From: Glycera tridactyla
Lineage: Eukaryota
DNA: 64,000 nucleotides
Assembly: GCA_965644265.1 (NCBI GenBank)
Contig: OZ286473.1
Span: 63,860,001-63,924,000, forward strand
Direction: 5' to 3'
A model generated the notes under the pieces. It made no database searches and had not been told where the DNA came from. It saw only the letters and a list, made by a program, of their open reading frames with translations. Within the stretch, counting starts at the first letter, position 1; the number at the start of each line of letters is the position of its first letter. Made by a program: the position numbers and the translations under genes. Shown here piece by piece: positions 22,961-36,290 of the stretch.

Positions 22961-25064
22961 TCCTCCTCCTCGTCCCCTTCTCCTTTTCCGCCTTCTCCTC
23001 ATCCTCCTCCTCCCCCTCCTCATCCACATNNNNNNNNNNNNNNNNNNNNNNNNNNNNNNNNNNNNNNNNNNNNNNNNNNNNNNNNNNNNNNNNNNNNNNN
23101 NNNNNNNNNNNNNNNNNNNNNNNNNNNNNNNNNNNNNNNNNNNNNNNNNNNNNNNNNNNNNNNNNNNNNNNNNNNNNNNNNNNNNNNNNNNNNNNNNNGT
23201 GTCCGTCTGTGTGTCTGTCTGTTTGGTTCTTTTCGTTTCTATCTTTATCACTCTCGTCTTGTCTTATGTTATTCAATCCTCTCCTATCTCTTAGTCCTCT
23301 CTCTCATCTTCAGCTTCCCTCACCCTCATCTCATCTCCCCCTCTGTGTTACCTCACTCTTTGTTTCTTTTTTTGTTCTCTCCCTTCCCTCAACCCCCCCC
23401 CCCCCTCTCCCCATTATGGCCTGCTCCGGTGTGGATCTAGCGCCAGGGACCAAGGGTCACTCCGGAATTGACTGGCAAAATTCTCCCTCTGCTGCAAATG
23501 TGCCCTCTACACGATTCATAAATAGAAACTCAGAATCTTAATATAGAAATCCATAGGACGAACAACCAATGATAACATTCCCACCTTGGAACTGATCACA
23601 TAAATTAAAACACATTACGGAGATATCATGTTTAGACATAGGAGATAAATAGCAGAGTTGCGTGGGCTAATCACTGGTAAGTAATTGCCAGGGATTAGAG
23701 AAGAATTAGAAAAGTGATTGTCTTCATTTTCTCTAATTAGGAATTAGACAAGAGATTGCCCCTTATAGGTACTCACCAGTGCTACGTGAAAGGCTCTGCT
23801 CATATAATCAAGATGGCGAGAGAAATGTCTAATTTGACATTTACCTTCAGAAATTGGAATAATCTCTTCATGTGAATCCTTTTGTTTGTAAAAAGTTTAT
23901 TATATAAGCATGGTTGACAAAAGAGTCATTTTAAAAGCTTACATAGCCAGTCAAAATCAGTCACACAACACACATGGGAAAGAAACATCCGAATTCATAT
24001 AGGAACAGTAGTAATATAAACTGTACACTATTGAGGCACCCCAATGGGTGAAGAGACACGTTTGTGTGTGACAAGGACATTGATTCAAATTCGACCACGA
24101 AAATTATGGCTGTGCACCTGGGCAAATGATGCTTCTGGTTCACCAATGCCATCTACCACTATATTCTAGGCATTAAATGAGAAGGGAGAAAAGACTAGTT
24201 CTTATTCCACTCTTCAGTCTTAAAGATTGGATGCAAGACAATACAATACGGCACATAGGAATTAATGCCCACCAAAAACAGAGTCAGCGTCTCACTATTC
24301 AATGCAAAAAGTTTTGATTGCTGGTAATAGAGACAACCAATCTCTTTTACATTGATGAGATATAGGTTCAAAAGAGAGCTAGAACTACAAAAGCCTCAGT
24401 ATATGGTGCAATCGTGTGATGTTTGTTGCATAAACAACTAATTTCATCTACACAAATGCATGAGCAAGTTCATGGGAGTGAGAACACTCTCACTTCATGA
24501 CGCATTCAGGTAAGAAATTTGTGGGCAGAAATCTTCCTGGTAAGTACCTTCGAGTAACTTGTCATTATTCATATGCGCACTCATAGGGGCGCCATTATAC
24601 ACACAACATTCAAATCATAAACATGTCCATCAGACCAGGGTACAGCCTAGTGGGCACCATCAGGAACAGTTGCACAGTGAGAATTTTCACATACATTTAC
24701 ATATACCTATAAACGCCTTAATATTCACAATCATAGACAAACACGCCAAACTGGAGCGTAGTCATCAAGTCACAGGCAACTAGAATATAACTGTGGTTTT
24801 GGAACAAAACAATACAAACAAATAAACCCAATGAACCAAATGAATACTATCAGCAGCAGAACACAGTCAAAACACAGCCAAATCCAAACATGCTTCTGAG
24901 TTGCCAGTTGAATTTTGTAGACCAGGACAAACAAACGAGAAACAAGGTAAGACAAAAATAGCTTTCAAGATCCATAGCCAAATTCACCAACGCAAGTGGG
25001 ATTAACAAGAAGAAGTATATTCATATACATAGTGTGAAGACCAGTCATAATTGGCATGGACTGC

Positions 25065-25945
25065 TCATAGACCACGAAGAATTTTGAAATACTTCTTAGC
25101 CCTCCTCTTGAAAAGCTGAATGGATTCACTTGATTTGACATCACACGGAAGACTATTCCATATCAATATCCCATGTGAACGAAGACTCGCCTTGGCAAAT
25201 TTTGTGCGGAATTTTGGGACATAAAGATTGTTTCGCTCACTCTGCCTCGTAACAAGAGAACTGACATTGCTAGTTAGTGAAAAAAAAGGATCAGGTAGGT
25301 GCCAACAGTTTACGTATAAGTTGTTAAAAACTTGGATCGCCACATTGCGATTACAGATATCTTGCAGATATTCAACGCCAAGACTGATATGTAGCTGGGT
25401 GGCAGAGATAATCCCATGTAGCCCAGACACTACACGCAGGCAGTTTTTCTGGGCGACCTGTAATTTTTTCAATGGCGCTACATTCTCCCCATCATAAATA
25501 AAATCAAAATACAAAAACAGTGGGTGAACGAGTGCATTGTAGAGTTGCAGCGCCCTATTATTGGACAGACATTGGCGTATGCATCGAAGAGCATTCATTC
25601 TGACATATACTCTTCTACATAGCATGTTTGCATGTTTCTCGAAAACCAGATGTTCATCTAACTGGATTCCAAGATATTTATACGAGGGTACTCTTTCAAT
25701 TTCTCCACCATCAAATTTGATTGAAGAACAGCGTATAGCAGAGGTTTGTGGTCTGGTACCAAAGAATACACAGTTTGACTTCACCACATTTAGGGTTAAT
25801 CTCATGTCAGAAAACCATTGATTGACTTTGCTCAGATCGTGTTTTAACTTATCTACAATTTCACCCTCAGAATTGGCTATGCAGTAAATAGCTGTATCAT
25901 CCGCATAAAGCAGGACTTTACAATGTTCAAGAAGAAGAGAATGTC
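25065..25945 (-). mobile_element. 5'-truncated non-LTR retrotransposon (CR1/L2 group): C-terminal reverse transcriptase and ORF2 tail
   Basis: Minus-strand frame contains HCKVLLYADDTAIY, LTLNVVKS, YKYLGIQLDEHLVFEKH, LYNALVHP and NLYVPKFRT...WNSLP, which are typical of CR1/L2-group ORF2. Similarity stops just upstream of the YADD motif. The 3' end of the element is not defined. Confidence 0.9.
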
Positions 25946-28374
25946 TTTCCATGTTTACGCACTTCAGGAGAAGAATTATTGATCCAAAGTCCCAACGAAT
26001 AAGCATCTACATAACGATATTCGGTTTTATTGTTTGATCTGTGTGTGGAATATTGTACTCATCATTATGTATTCGGGAGAGGGGAAATCCGCCTTTTCCC
26101 AACTCTCACTCATGATAACTCTTGTTCCCATCGCGAGTTTAATCGAAGTTTGTCTCACCATCACATATACCCAAAGTATTATATATGCCCTGAATTATGC
26201 CCCTAGAGGCATCACTCTCACAAACCGTGATCACCAAATGATGGCAAACCGGAGAAGTTTTGTCCGATGGAAGTAATTGGTTCTCTGATTGTCCCACCTG
26301 ATGCACATCACATGGACTTTCCAACGACAACTGAGGAGCAGCGCAAATTGGTCAGTGATAATGTGGGTCTAGTTTTTGGAAAACCATTTTGCTGGAGTTT
26401 GTTTGTCACCAATCTGAGCAGTAACCCTGGTTATCAATGCACAACTCACTGTTGGGTGCAGAACCCACTTGACCACCTATTCCACGTCTTTTTATCTTCC
26501 CCTTGCATTGACATTCTATACCAATAGTGATTTATCTTTGAATTACGCATAGACATCCATCCCTAGCAGATTCAAGGCAGGGCCTCACGAGATCAGCCTC
26601 CGGTGGCTACTTCTTCGAAAAAGTAGTATTGAAATCGTGTCTGATTGTCTGAAACAGGATTTCTTAATTGGCACATATTGCTCCAGGTTGGTACATGCGG
26701 TTAAACCTAGAGCAAACCTGAACCAAACCTCAACCATAACTGGATGTAGATACAATCACTCCAATCCATCACTACAGCTTACAGGCAATGGTGATTAGGA
26801 CCTCTGCTCATATGGGTGGCCAGACCTAATGAGGTCCAACACTCAATATTGGACCTGAACCATCACGAAAATCTTCATAATCTTTGCTTCCCCTTGTGGA
26901 TGTAACTGGATGGAAACCCTATACTGTACCACTCAACATCACCCCGGTACAAATATGGTCGCAGTGATGGTAATTGTACAATGATTGCCCACTTAATGAA
27001 ATCTATCATTGGTTCCATACATTGAAGGGAAATGCACAAGTTTACACATTTCCCGATAAGAAAGGGAATCATAATCAGTGAGCTAAACTTGAGAAGTATT
27101 CCAGACTGTAATCTGTACTAGACGAATTGTAATGTTGACATAAGACACCACTTCTGATTACAAGCTGAACCAATATTAACGACCGAACATGATTTCCCAT
27201 GAGGCAATTGATTCTCCACCAACCTCAGATGATGAATGAGCTTTTACCTGGAAGTATCTATATATACTTGATTAAACTGTGATATAAATTCTCAAATTTC
27301 AAATGAAATAGAAAGCACCATACTTCAGTCAGAATGACACGTACGTTTTAAATCTGCGATCTGAAATTGTATCGATAATCATCATTTTCAAAATGTTGCG
27401 ATAGCAACAGAAATCAAACCTGATATCAATTCTGGCTATTGAGGCCCAAGGCAGGACTTTCACAGTATCATTTCTCCCCAATATGATATGAATATCCGTA
27501 GGCGAGAGGACTTCATTTTCAGGCATCAACATCGTTTTTTGTTTTCTATATTCCTCACAATACCCAATCTATGGCAGGAATGTGATAACCCTATTGTAAA
27601 TAAAAATTCAGATTTACTCGAATTCGAGCCATATCTTGAATGCGGATTGAGTGATCAGGCACACAATGTCATTGTTTATGAACTATGATGATGTCCATGC
27701 TCAGTGAAAACTGTCTTTCAGTTTCGTTCCCATTTTAGAGGTTGCAGTTCGGCTTCGAGAAACATTAAGCCTTCTTTTTTGAAAGCTCATGACGTGACAA
27801 TATTCATATTCATGGGTTTGTGTGCCTGATACTGGTGATATCTTCTCGCTTGCAGCAATGCCAGAAAAACAGCTCCGATCACACAAAACACTTCTTTCAC
27901 CAAGATATTTCCATATTTCTTCCCCATATGATTTAGGACCCCGTCACCATCAAGGTATTTTCAAAATGACTGCAATAATATTTTTCGAAATATTGTGGCG
28001 TGGAGATCTAACTACCTCCATGATATGGTCAGAACTCATGTAAACAGACAACCTGTGTTTTGTGTCTCCTCCTCTTCACTATTACGGCCTTTGGAATTTC
28101 CAAGCTGAAATTTGAAACAGCTCAATCAAGAAATATGCGTATTAAGTTCTAGACATTTTGGATGATATCTCACTTCATCATCGAACAGACAGGTGGAACT
28201 TGTTGTAGGTATCAAAGTGATTTGCGAAAGGATACTATCAGATTTGGTATGACAAGCCGAATTCAGCTGGTTTATCAATCAATGGATGCAGTTTCTGCAA
28301 TACCTAACAAAAAAAAAAATTGGATGTTTGTATATCGCCCTTCATGTAATCGTGGATGTTCTCCTCGTATATGT

Positions 28375-28377
<3 letters not shown>

Positions 28378-28404
<27 letters not shown>
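28378..28404. repeat. (TA)n microsatellite
   Basis: Direct reading. Confidence 0.95.
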
Positions 28405-28408
<4 letters not shown>

Positions 28409-29353
28409 ACTTGCACTAAGAAAGATACTTCTTTTGGGCATTTCCTTGTGGAGACGGAACTCACTGTTGAATGAACTAAGCTTGAGGGTCCGCTTCCAGC
28501 CAGTTGCATAATCAGATATTGAGTTGATAAAATGTATGATGAATTGTGTAGAGGTGTGTCATGACTGTCAGCTATTCGCACTTGCCAACCATTCAGGTTC
28601 CCCATCATTGAGTGTTCGGGGTTTCTGAGAGTCAGGTCAGCAGAGGACAGAAACTCTGGCTTTTATAGACCAGGACTAAATGGCATACCCACTGCTCTGG
28701 GTTGATCCATGCCATCAAACCTTAACCAAACAAAACTGTCAATCCGGTATCATTCATCATTTCATTCACAAAAGCTCGGTAAATACCCATTGGGTGTTCT
28801 CATTTCTGTTCGAAATCAGATATTCTCTCCATATCTGTGAAATGATAGCATCCATGACACTAGGCCCTTCAAGACATCGTATCGGAGTATGCCATACCTG
28901 CCCCTCTTGGAGGGGGCAGCAAAAGGCCATTGAAAACCAATGATTCAGCAAATTGCAATTAGGCGAGTTAATTGCAAGATATTGGCCAATTTGGTGAGTG
29001 ATGGGCGGATATAACAGAAGCAAAATTGGCTGTTGCTTAGCAACGGTTGGCAACACACCTAGTCTTGTATTCATGTATTCACCTCTTGATATGTATGAGG
29101 AAGGAGCGAAGGGTGATTGCCAGGCAATTCCTCTGCAAATATTTACCGTACTCTGGACACCATCATGGCATTGCTATGAGGTACTAACGTTGTAATGAAG
29201 GCATGAGAATGTGGGTAGTCACGTCATAAACTTGGAAAATTCCTGAAATGGATCATTCAAGCATCATCAGCTGCCTATATTGATGTGCCGATCGTTTGAT
29301 CGAACACACTTGTTGTCTTTTGCATGAGCTGATATGTGCCTGGTATAACAAAA

Positions 29354-29550
29354 ATATATGGCTGTGGAGTAAAAATACCAAACGAGGTGTGAATTTTCAA
29401 AGCAAGTTTGGTATTGCATTTTCAAGTTGGGGCCATATATTCTTGCTTTCATCACATGGATTAGGAAAGAAATCATCAAAACTAGTTCTCAACTAGCTGT
29501 GAAGTATCAGACTCAATACTCACTGAAAATGACATATCTATGTGATATAT
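29354..29550. repeat. Dispersed hairpin-containing repeat, short-loop version
   Basis: AATACCAAAC...GTTTGGTATT stem with a 22-nt loop. The following sequence is similar to 33185-33320. Confidence 0.7.
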
Positions 29551-32500
29551 GAAGCAACTTGCCACACTCGCCATGCACTCTATCAGTAGCATATGATGCA
29601 TCTCAGGGCCAAAAAGACATTAAACATTACGTTATTACTTCATATATGACACATAGCATTGATCTCCAGACATAAGCTGTCAGGCCAGACAGCGATGCTG
29701 TCACTCTCATATTGATGAAGGCATGGCCTTATGGTGAGAGAGAGGAGATGGCAGGCTGCTGGTGGTAAACCAGGATGGGGATGAACTCCAGATGAAATAT
29801 GTCCTTGAAAGTGACCACCCAGACACCTTCACTTAACACTATATGACCCCCTTAATGTAGCCATACATTTGAGTCCCTGAGTACAATAATACGTAGACGT
29901 ATGCCAGAAGCCGATATTGGGGTTCTCAATCATAGTGAATCCGTAGCCAGACCTCATTTCCTTTCCCACTCATCCAGACAACCCAACACCCATACTGATA
30001 CATCAATCAGTAGTAAATGGAATTCACCATGTCCTCTCCTAAATCTAATGCTAGGCCACTGCCCCAAAATACAAAATCCCTACAAAATACCCATCCCTCT
30101 CTATTGATTATTTCCTGCCCTTGCAGTCATTTCAGAATGAGGATTCGTATGTGTGATTGACTAAATAGTCCCTTTGCTTGAGGAGGTATGGTTGGCTGGC
30201 GAAGAAATGCAGATAATCACAGAAAATGAATCAGTCTATATTCATCAGGGCTGGTGTATCGATTGTTGAACGCCTGCCTCCTCAAGCTAAGCACCCATCC
30301 CACCGTTCTCTAAACAGGCATCTCAAATATCGGTAATCACTGCTACATCCTATCAATAAATGTGTCAGCAAATCAACAGTACATCATCGTGATCAGTAGC
30401 CTATGTGGCATATTCTACCCTGAATACATCGAGCACAACCCATGTTAGCTGATTCTGCTTGATTGACAATGCAGTCAGACCTGCTCTGAGCATGCCGTCA
30501 AAGGGAGTCACAAAAGCACATGCTTAGAACAAGTGCATGCTCAGTACAGGTAAATTCAAGAGGGAAAAATTCTGATTGGAAGCACACAGGATGGTTGCCC
30601 AAAAAAAGTTCTCGTTTAGTAGGGTACATGCTTAGGGCAGGTTTAACTGCATCGCTTTGGAATTATTGTGGGGTACTGGCCAGTAAAGCGTGGCGTGTAC
30701 ATTCACATTTCATCTACAGGTTCCATGATTCAGCTTCACCCATGGTGTCTAGTCAAGGCCAAACATTCTCTCCTAATCTACCGAGATGAATGGTAGATGG
30801 TCATATGTATTGTACGCCGAACTCGTCAACATTTAGGCAATATGCAGTCATGATAGTTTTCAATAGATATGATCCTGACGATTTGGATATGAAAACATGG
30901 CAGTCATAGGTTAAACCTGAAGGGGAACGATCAAAGTATCGTGAAAATTGCATCTTCAAAGGTAATGGTCACCTGATTGCAGTATGCCGTTGATAGATTT
31001 TATTAGGATCCTCAGCAACCGGACGTGGCCCTGATGAAGCTCACTTGTAGATGTCTGGGAGTGCAAGATGAGCAAAATTTGCAACATTGGTCCATCTAGG
31101 GTGACCGTATATCCATCGTTTTTTTGCATGAAGATCGGTGAACGATGTTGGCCTAATTACTGTATGAAAGGTCACGCATTCAAAGTGAACACTCCTTAAC
31201 AGTGCATAGATTGTTGAATATCGGGCTCAATGACCATCGAATCTCCTGCACTATCCTTTCGTTTCTTCGCAAATCACCAAAACGAGAAGAGTGAAACTAC
31301 GTGCTACATTTAGATTTGACACAATATTGGGTTGAACATAAAAGTGAACCCCACATTGATCACATTCCAAGACACTGCCATTGTCAATAAAGTCGGTTCA
31401 CGATGTTCATTTCGAAGCACCGCCCATTGCCATTGGTGACATAGCGTTCGCAAAATTGCAATCAATCTCAAGGCACTGAGTGCAAATTGTACATGATAGG
31501 GGTTTGGCAAATATTGAATTGAGCAAACAGGCAATTGAAGCGATTCAATCCAATGATCATCTCGTTTTGGGTGCTGACTATGAACCACGGGGATTTTTCA
31601 CATAGTGTCACTGCTCTAACAAATAGATTTCTGATATCAACAAGATCCCAGGGTAATTAAAGTAATCCTATCCGATCTTTCACACTCGTGTGTGCCGGAA
31701 AAATCACCTCTAGTGATGATTGCATATTTATGCATGTACATGTGTATTGTATATTGTATTACGAGTTAAAATAAAGGTTATTCAATTCAATCTCCATTCA
31801 ATCCTGTCTATATACCACAGATATATCGTTTGCGTACAGATTTGTGTGCCTAATGTGAACAAGATCGAATCCAATTGCATATTCATGATTAGGGATACAC
31901 CAATGGTATCGAAAAATTCGCCGTATATGTGTGATCGAATTAAATGAAAACCCCTCCGAGGTTTTGTCCCTTCAGAACTCACTGCTTCCTGAACCTGCTT
32001 GGATATTTTGACAAAAAAGGGTAGATGCGAGCTCGCAGACTTACATCAACATTTTGTTGACAGAATGGAATTTCATCGCATGATTCAACCCAAAACATGA
32101 TACCTTGCTGTTTGTCTCTGATCTACGAAAGATGGATTATCTATTTCCTACCAGCATCAATCTCACAAACCATCATCACAAAAAGTTCTCAAGTGGAAGC
32201 TCAAGCATAACTCCGCCTGTCTCATGTGAACCTGAATGGATTATACAATTGTATATCTTGCTATATATTCGTATAAAAGCCAACACCGAAATCCTTTTTG
32301 AAAGCTTTCGTTTTGCGCAGAGAACACCACTTCTTGCAAGATGTACATGGTCGGCGAATACTCAACCGATGTGTTCATTCATATCAGCCCTCACCTGATA
32401 TCGATGCTTCTTGAGGTCAATCTCAAAGCTTCGGACTAAATGGTGAATCATTTTCAGAGAAAAATTTAGTTCCATGAGTAATCTGTCACGAGATAACCCG

Positions 32501-32888
32501 ACACAGAGAGTCACTGACACAAGTGCTGAGTCTCTCCTTCTCATCATGAACGTGATAAGTTATCCGAAATTGATTCTATGCCTATCCTGATTTTCTCGCA
32601 CAATTTGATGAAGAAATAAGTTGTACATCTCCCCCCGAGATCACCCACCAACATCAGATCACATTGTCTCACATAGCAGTATATTTGTCTGCAAAATCGA
32701 CTTGTTTGAAGTCTGAGACTACGCAGATGCACTGATTAGCAGGCAGCATCATTTACTGGTGTCTGGTCTCTCGACCAGACCCCTTCCCAGCAGATGGCAC
32801 CCTTTTCGTCTTGACGCATGCGTTTCATGTTAGACCCCACTAGTACTACGACATCGAGATAAATGTTACAGATAGGTCCTGATGTGTA

Positions 32889-33320
32889 ATGTGACTGTGA
32901 AGTAAAAACGCAATACCAAACAAAGTGTGAATTTCACCGGATGTCATGAGACGCCCATGTAATGGCTCCGATTGGCTCCATAAAGCTTCCCCTCCCCCTG
33001 CTTGCGTCCACACCGAAGTTGCAATGATTTGACGACCAGGGTGGCAATATAGACGGACCCAGAAAATAGAGTGCGGAAGAGAAAAAGATAGAGATAGACA
33101 AACAGGGAGAGAGAGGGAGAGAGAGAGAGAGCGCGGGGGAAGGAGAACGAGTTTGGTATTGCGTTTTTACTTCACGGTCATATAGTCTTGCTTTCATCAC
33201 ATGAATTAGGGGAGAAATCATCAAAAAGTAGTTCCCAACCAGCAGTGAAGTATGACACGCAATACTCAACACCTGGTACTTCACCGAAAATGGCACATCA
33301 ATATGATAACATGTGATACG
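32889..33320. repeat. Dispersed hairpin-containing repeat (related to 29354-29550) with a ~200-bp insert in its loop
   Basis: 25-bp perfect inverted repeat at 32897-32921 / 33151-33175. Downstream CTTGCTTTCATCACATG.ATTAGG..AGAAATCATCAAAA matches 29442-29480. Confidence 0.75.
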
Positions 33321-33905
33321 GATAGGTGGTAGTGTGAGGTACGGCACTCCATACTGTCCCCTACAAGTTATATAGATATGTAGTTGTTAAATGCTATAAG
33401 AGTTCTACTTATGTTGCATGCCACTACTCCCAATATTAGCCAGTGACAAATGTTACAGTTAGGTGATGGTGTGAAGTATGGCGCTCCATACTGGTTCGAT
33501 TCTTCACTCAGCTGACTCAGCCAATATCTGCTAAGTGACACATTAGGCGATTTAATCAACGGGTTAAGGGCATCCATCAAGCCGTGCGCTAAACACGCCT
33601 TCTGCACACACGCAATACTTAACTCTCCACTCCAGTAAGCCTCACCCAGAGACACCCACTGACACCAGGTCATCTACACCTGCTAACATCAAGGTCAACC
33701 CTAACATGGAGGCCTCAAACCTGCGGTTCTTTGTTATATCCATGTCTTTTGAATGATAAGAGAAAGACTGAAAAACTGAAAATGCTGAAAAAAGAGGAAC
33801 TGCTGCCGGGGGCTGACCCTAAACTTCGCAAAAGGCATCAGTGGTTCTTCTACATGCATATAGGATAAGACTCCTATACGTATCACCAGTCTTTGTTATC
33901 CCAGT

Positions 33906-34823
33906 NNNNNNNNNNNNNNNNNNNNNNNNNNNNNNNNNNNNNNNNNNNNNNNNNNNNNNNNNNNNNNNNNNNNNNNNNNNNNNNNNNNNNNNNNNNNNNN
34001 NNNNNNNNNNNNNNNNNNNNNNNNNNNNNNNNNNNNNNNNNNNNNNNNNNNNNNNNNNNNNNNNNNNNNNNNNNNNNNNNNNNNNNNNNNNNNNNNNNNN
34101 NNNNNNNNNNNNNNNNNNNNNNNNNNNNNNNNNNNNNNNNNNNNNNNNNNNNNNNNNNNNNNNNNNNNNNNNNNNNNNNNNNNNNNNNNNNNNNNNNNNN
34201 NNNNNNNNNNNNNNNNNNNNNNNNNNNNNNNNNNNNNNNNNNNNNNNNNNNNNNNNNNNNNNNNNNNNNNNNNNNNNNNNNNNNNNNNNNNNNNNNNNNN
34301 NNNNNNNNNNNNNNNNNNNNNNNNNNNNNNNNNNNNNNNNNNNNNNNNNNNNNNNNNNNNNNNNNNNNNNNNNNNNNNNNNNNNNNNNNNNNNNNNNNNN
34401 NNNNNNNNNNNNNNNNNNNNNNNNNNNNNNNNNNNNNNNNNNNNNNNNNNNNNNNNNNNNNNNNNNNNNNNNNNNNNNNNNNNNNNNNNNNNNNNNNNNN
34501 NNNNNNNNNNNNNNNNNNNNNNNNNNNNNNNNNNNNNNNNNNNNNNNNNNNNNNNNNNNNNNNNNNNNNNNNNNNNNNNNNNNNNNNNNNNNNNNNNNNN
34601 NNNNNNNNNNNNNNNNNNNNNNNNNNNNNNNNNNNNNNNNNNNNNNNNNNNNNNNNNNNNNNNNNNNNNNNNNNNNNNNNNNNNNNNNNNNNNNNNNNNN
34701 NNNNNNNNNNNNNNNNNNNNNNNNNNNNNNNNNNNNNNNNNNNNNNNNNNNNNNNNNNNNNNNNNNNNNNNNNNNNNNNNNNNNNNNNNNNNNNNNNNNN
34801 NNNNNNNNNNNNNNNNNNNNNNN
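33906..34823. other. Assembly gap or masked run (918 N). Other N-runs: 23030-23198, 37430-38051, 40272-40402, 62504-62837, 63558-63697
   Basis: Runs of N; most abut simple-repeat tracts. Confidence 1.
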
Positions 34824-35610
34824 TCATGTATGAGAAATAATAGAGACAGATACTCATGGTGCGAGAAAGAGGGAAAGAGAGAGGGAGGGAGGGAAGGGAG
34901 GGAGGAGATAGGTAGGAAGGAAAAGAGAGAACGGAGAGGGACGGATAGACAGATCGAGATATAATGAGGACAACAGAGGGAACGAAATGCAGCGAGGCAG
35001 TGAAGGAGAATGCGAGATAGTTGATAGTCGTGGGAGGGGGGGGGGGTGGTGGTCAGAGCAGCCACTTGAGCAATCCTCACTGGGAGACCTCTACTGACAC
35101 CGTGTCATTCATGAACAGTGCTCCGCTTTGCTGATATCAATGTCACCCGACTTTCCACCACCTCATCCTGTATGAAAACAAGATCAGGGAGAGTGAGGGA
35201 TAGAAAATGACAGACAGACAGAAAGTGAGTTACAGATTGAGAATGAGAGACAATGACAGACAAGGGAAGATCGAGAAGGGAGAGAAAAGAAGAGGCTGAG
35301 ACCGACAGGGGTGGATAATAGTGACCAAAGACAGCGACAGAGAGAAAAAAAGAAATAGAGAGACGGGGAAAAGAGAAAAGATCCAGACAGGAACCAAGAG
35401 ACGGACAGAGAAAGTCAGACACGGTCAGATGGAGACCAGGAAGGGATAGACAAGAGACTCATGAAGACAGAAACACGGATACACAATTATATACACATTG
35501 AGAAAGAGGTCACAAGATATACAGTGAGAGCAAGAGGGATGACGCCAGATAGAGAGATAGAGTCAGAGATGGACAAAGAGGCCGACACAGAGAGCGGAAA
35601 GAGAACTATG
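34824..35610. repeat. GA-rich low-complexity region
   Basis: Purine-rich plus strand with GAGA/GACA motifs, next to an N-gap. Confidence 0.8.
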
Positions 35611-35991
35611 AGGAACTCATTCAATCCCTAATACCTGAATAAACTCTTACTCAATATGTCACAGAATCCATGCAGATTGATAGAATAAGCATGAGATTAC
35701 TTCTGAAAGCCAACGCTCAACATCGGTATGGCATCTCGGTAAGTTGATATTCACTGAGTGGTGGATTAAAGCTTTCAATCTCAAGATTAATGCCATCAAT
35801 CAAGCGCTGATTACAGAACGCTTAATCCTTCCTCAAACATCATGCATCATTCGCAGCAGGGTTGCCATGGTGAACCACATCTCACTCCTTCTATGGACCT
35901 TGGTTCGACCTTTTGTTGGATATACTCTGCTTCGAAATGTCATCAAATCACCCTCCATATATGCCAATCCCCCAAGTACCATGTCCCGTGT

Positions 35992-36290
35992 CATTGCATG
36001 GGCGTCTCAATAAAGCGTGAGGGGTCCTAAGTATATTGAGATGCCCATGTAATGGCTCCGATTGGCTCCATAAGGCTTCCCCTCCCTCCTGCTTGCGTCC
36101 ACACCGGAGTTGCGATGATTTGACAACCAGGGTGGTAATATAGACGGACCTAGAAAAAATGTGGGGAAGAAAAAAAGATAGAGATAGATAAATAAAGAGA
36201 GAGAGGGAAAGAGAGGAAGAGAGAGAGGGGAAAAGAGACAGAGGGAGGGATTGATGAGATTAGACGAAGGTGGAAGAGGGGAGAGAGAAA
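35992..36290 (+). repeat. Short dispersed repeat with GA-rich tail (second copy at ~32947-33145)
   Basis: GAGA(C/T)GCCCATGTAATGGCTCCGATTGGCTCCATAA.GCTTCCCCTCCC..CTGCTTGCGTCCACACCG.AGTTGC.ATGATTTGAC.ACCAGGGTGG.AATATAGACGGACC is shared by both loci and followed by a GA-rich tract. Confidence 0.8.

Noticed and set aside
28342-28608. Fucolectin/F5-8-like fragment (LNGWQVRIADS)
   Set aside because: The resemblance is limited to a few residues, with an upstream in-frame stop and no other domain motifs.
30480-31590. Degenerate TE or gene ORF (CxxC-like LECDQCGVHF on the minus strand)
   Set aside because: Short frames with frequent stops; I could not assign a family by eye. A tBLASTx search would be needed.
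33465-33510. tRNA or tRNA-derived SINE suggested by GGTTCGATTC (B-box-like)
   Set aside because: No convincing A-box at the right spacing and no cloverleaf; only a small local hairpin.
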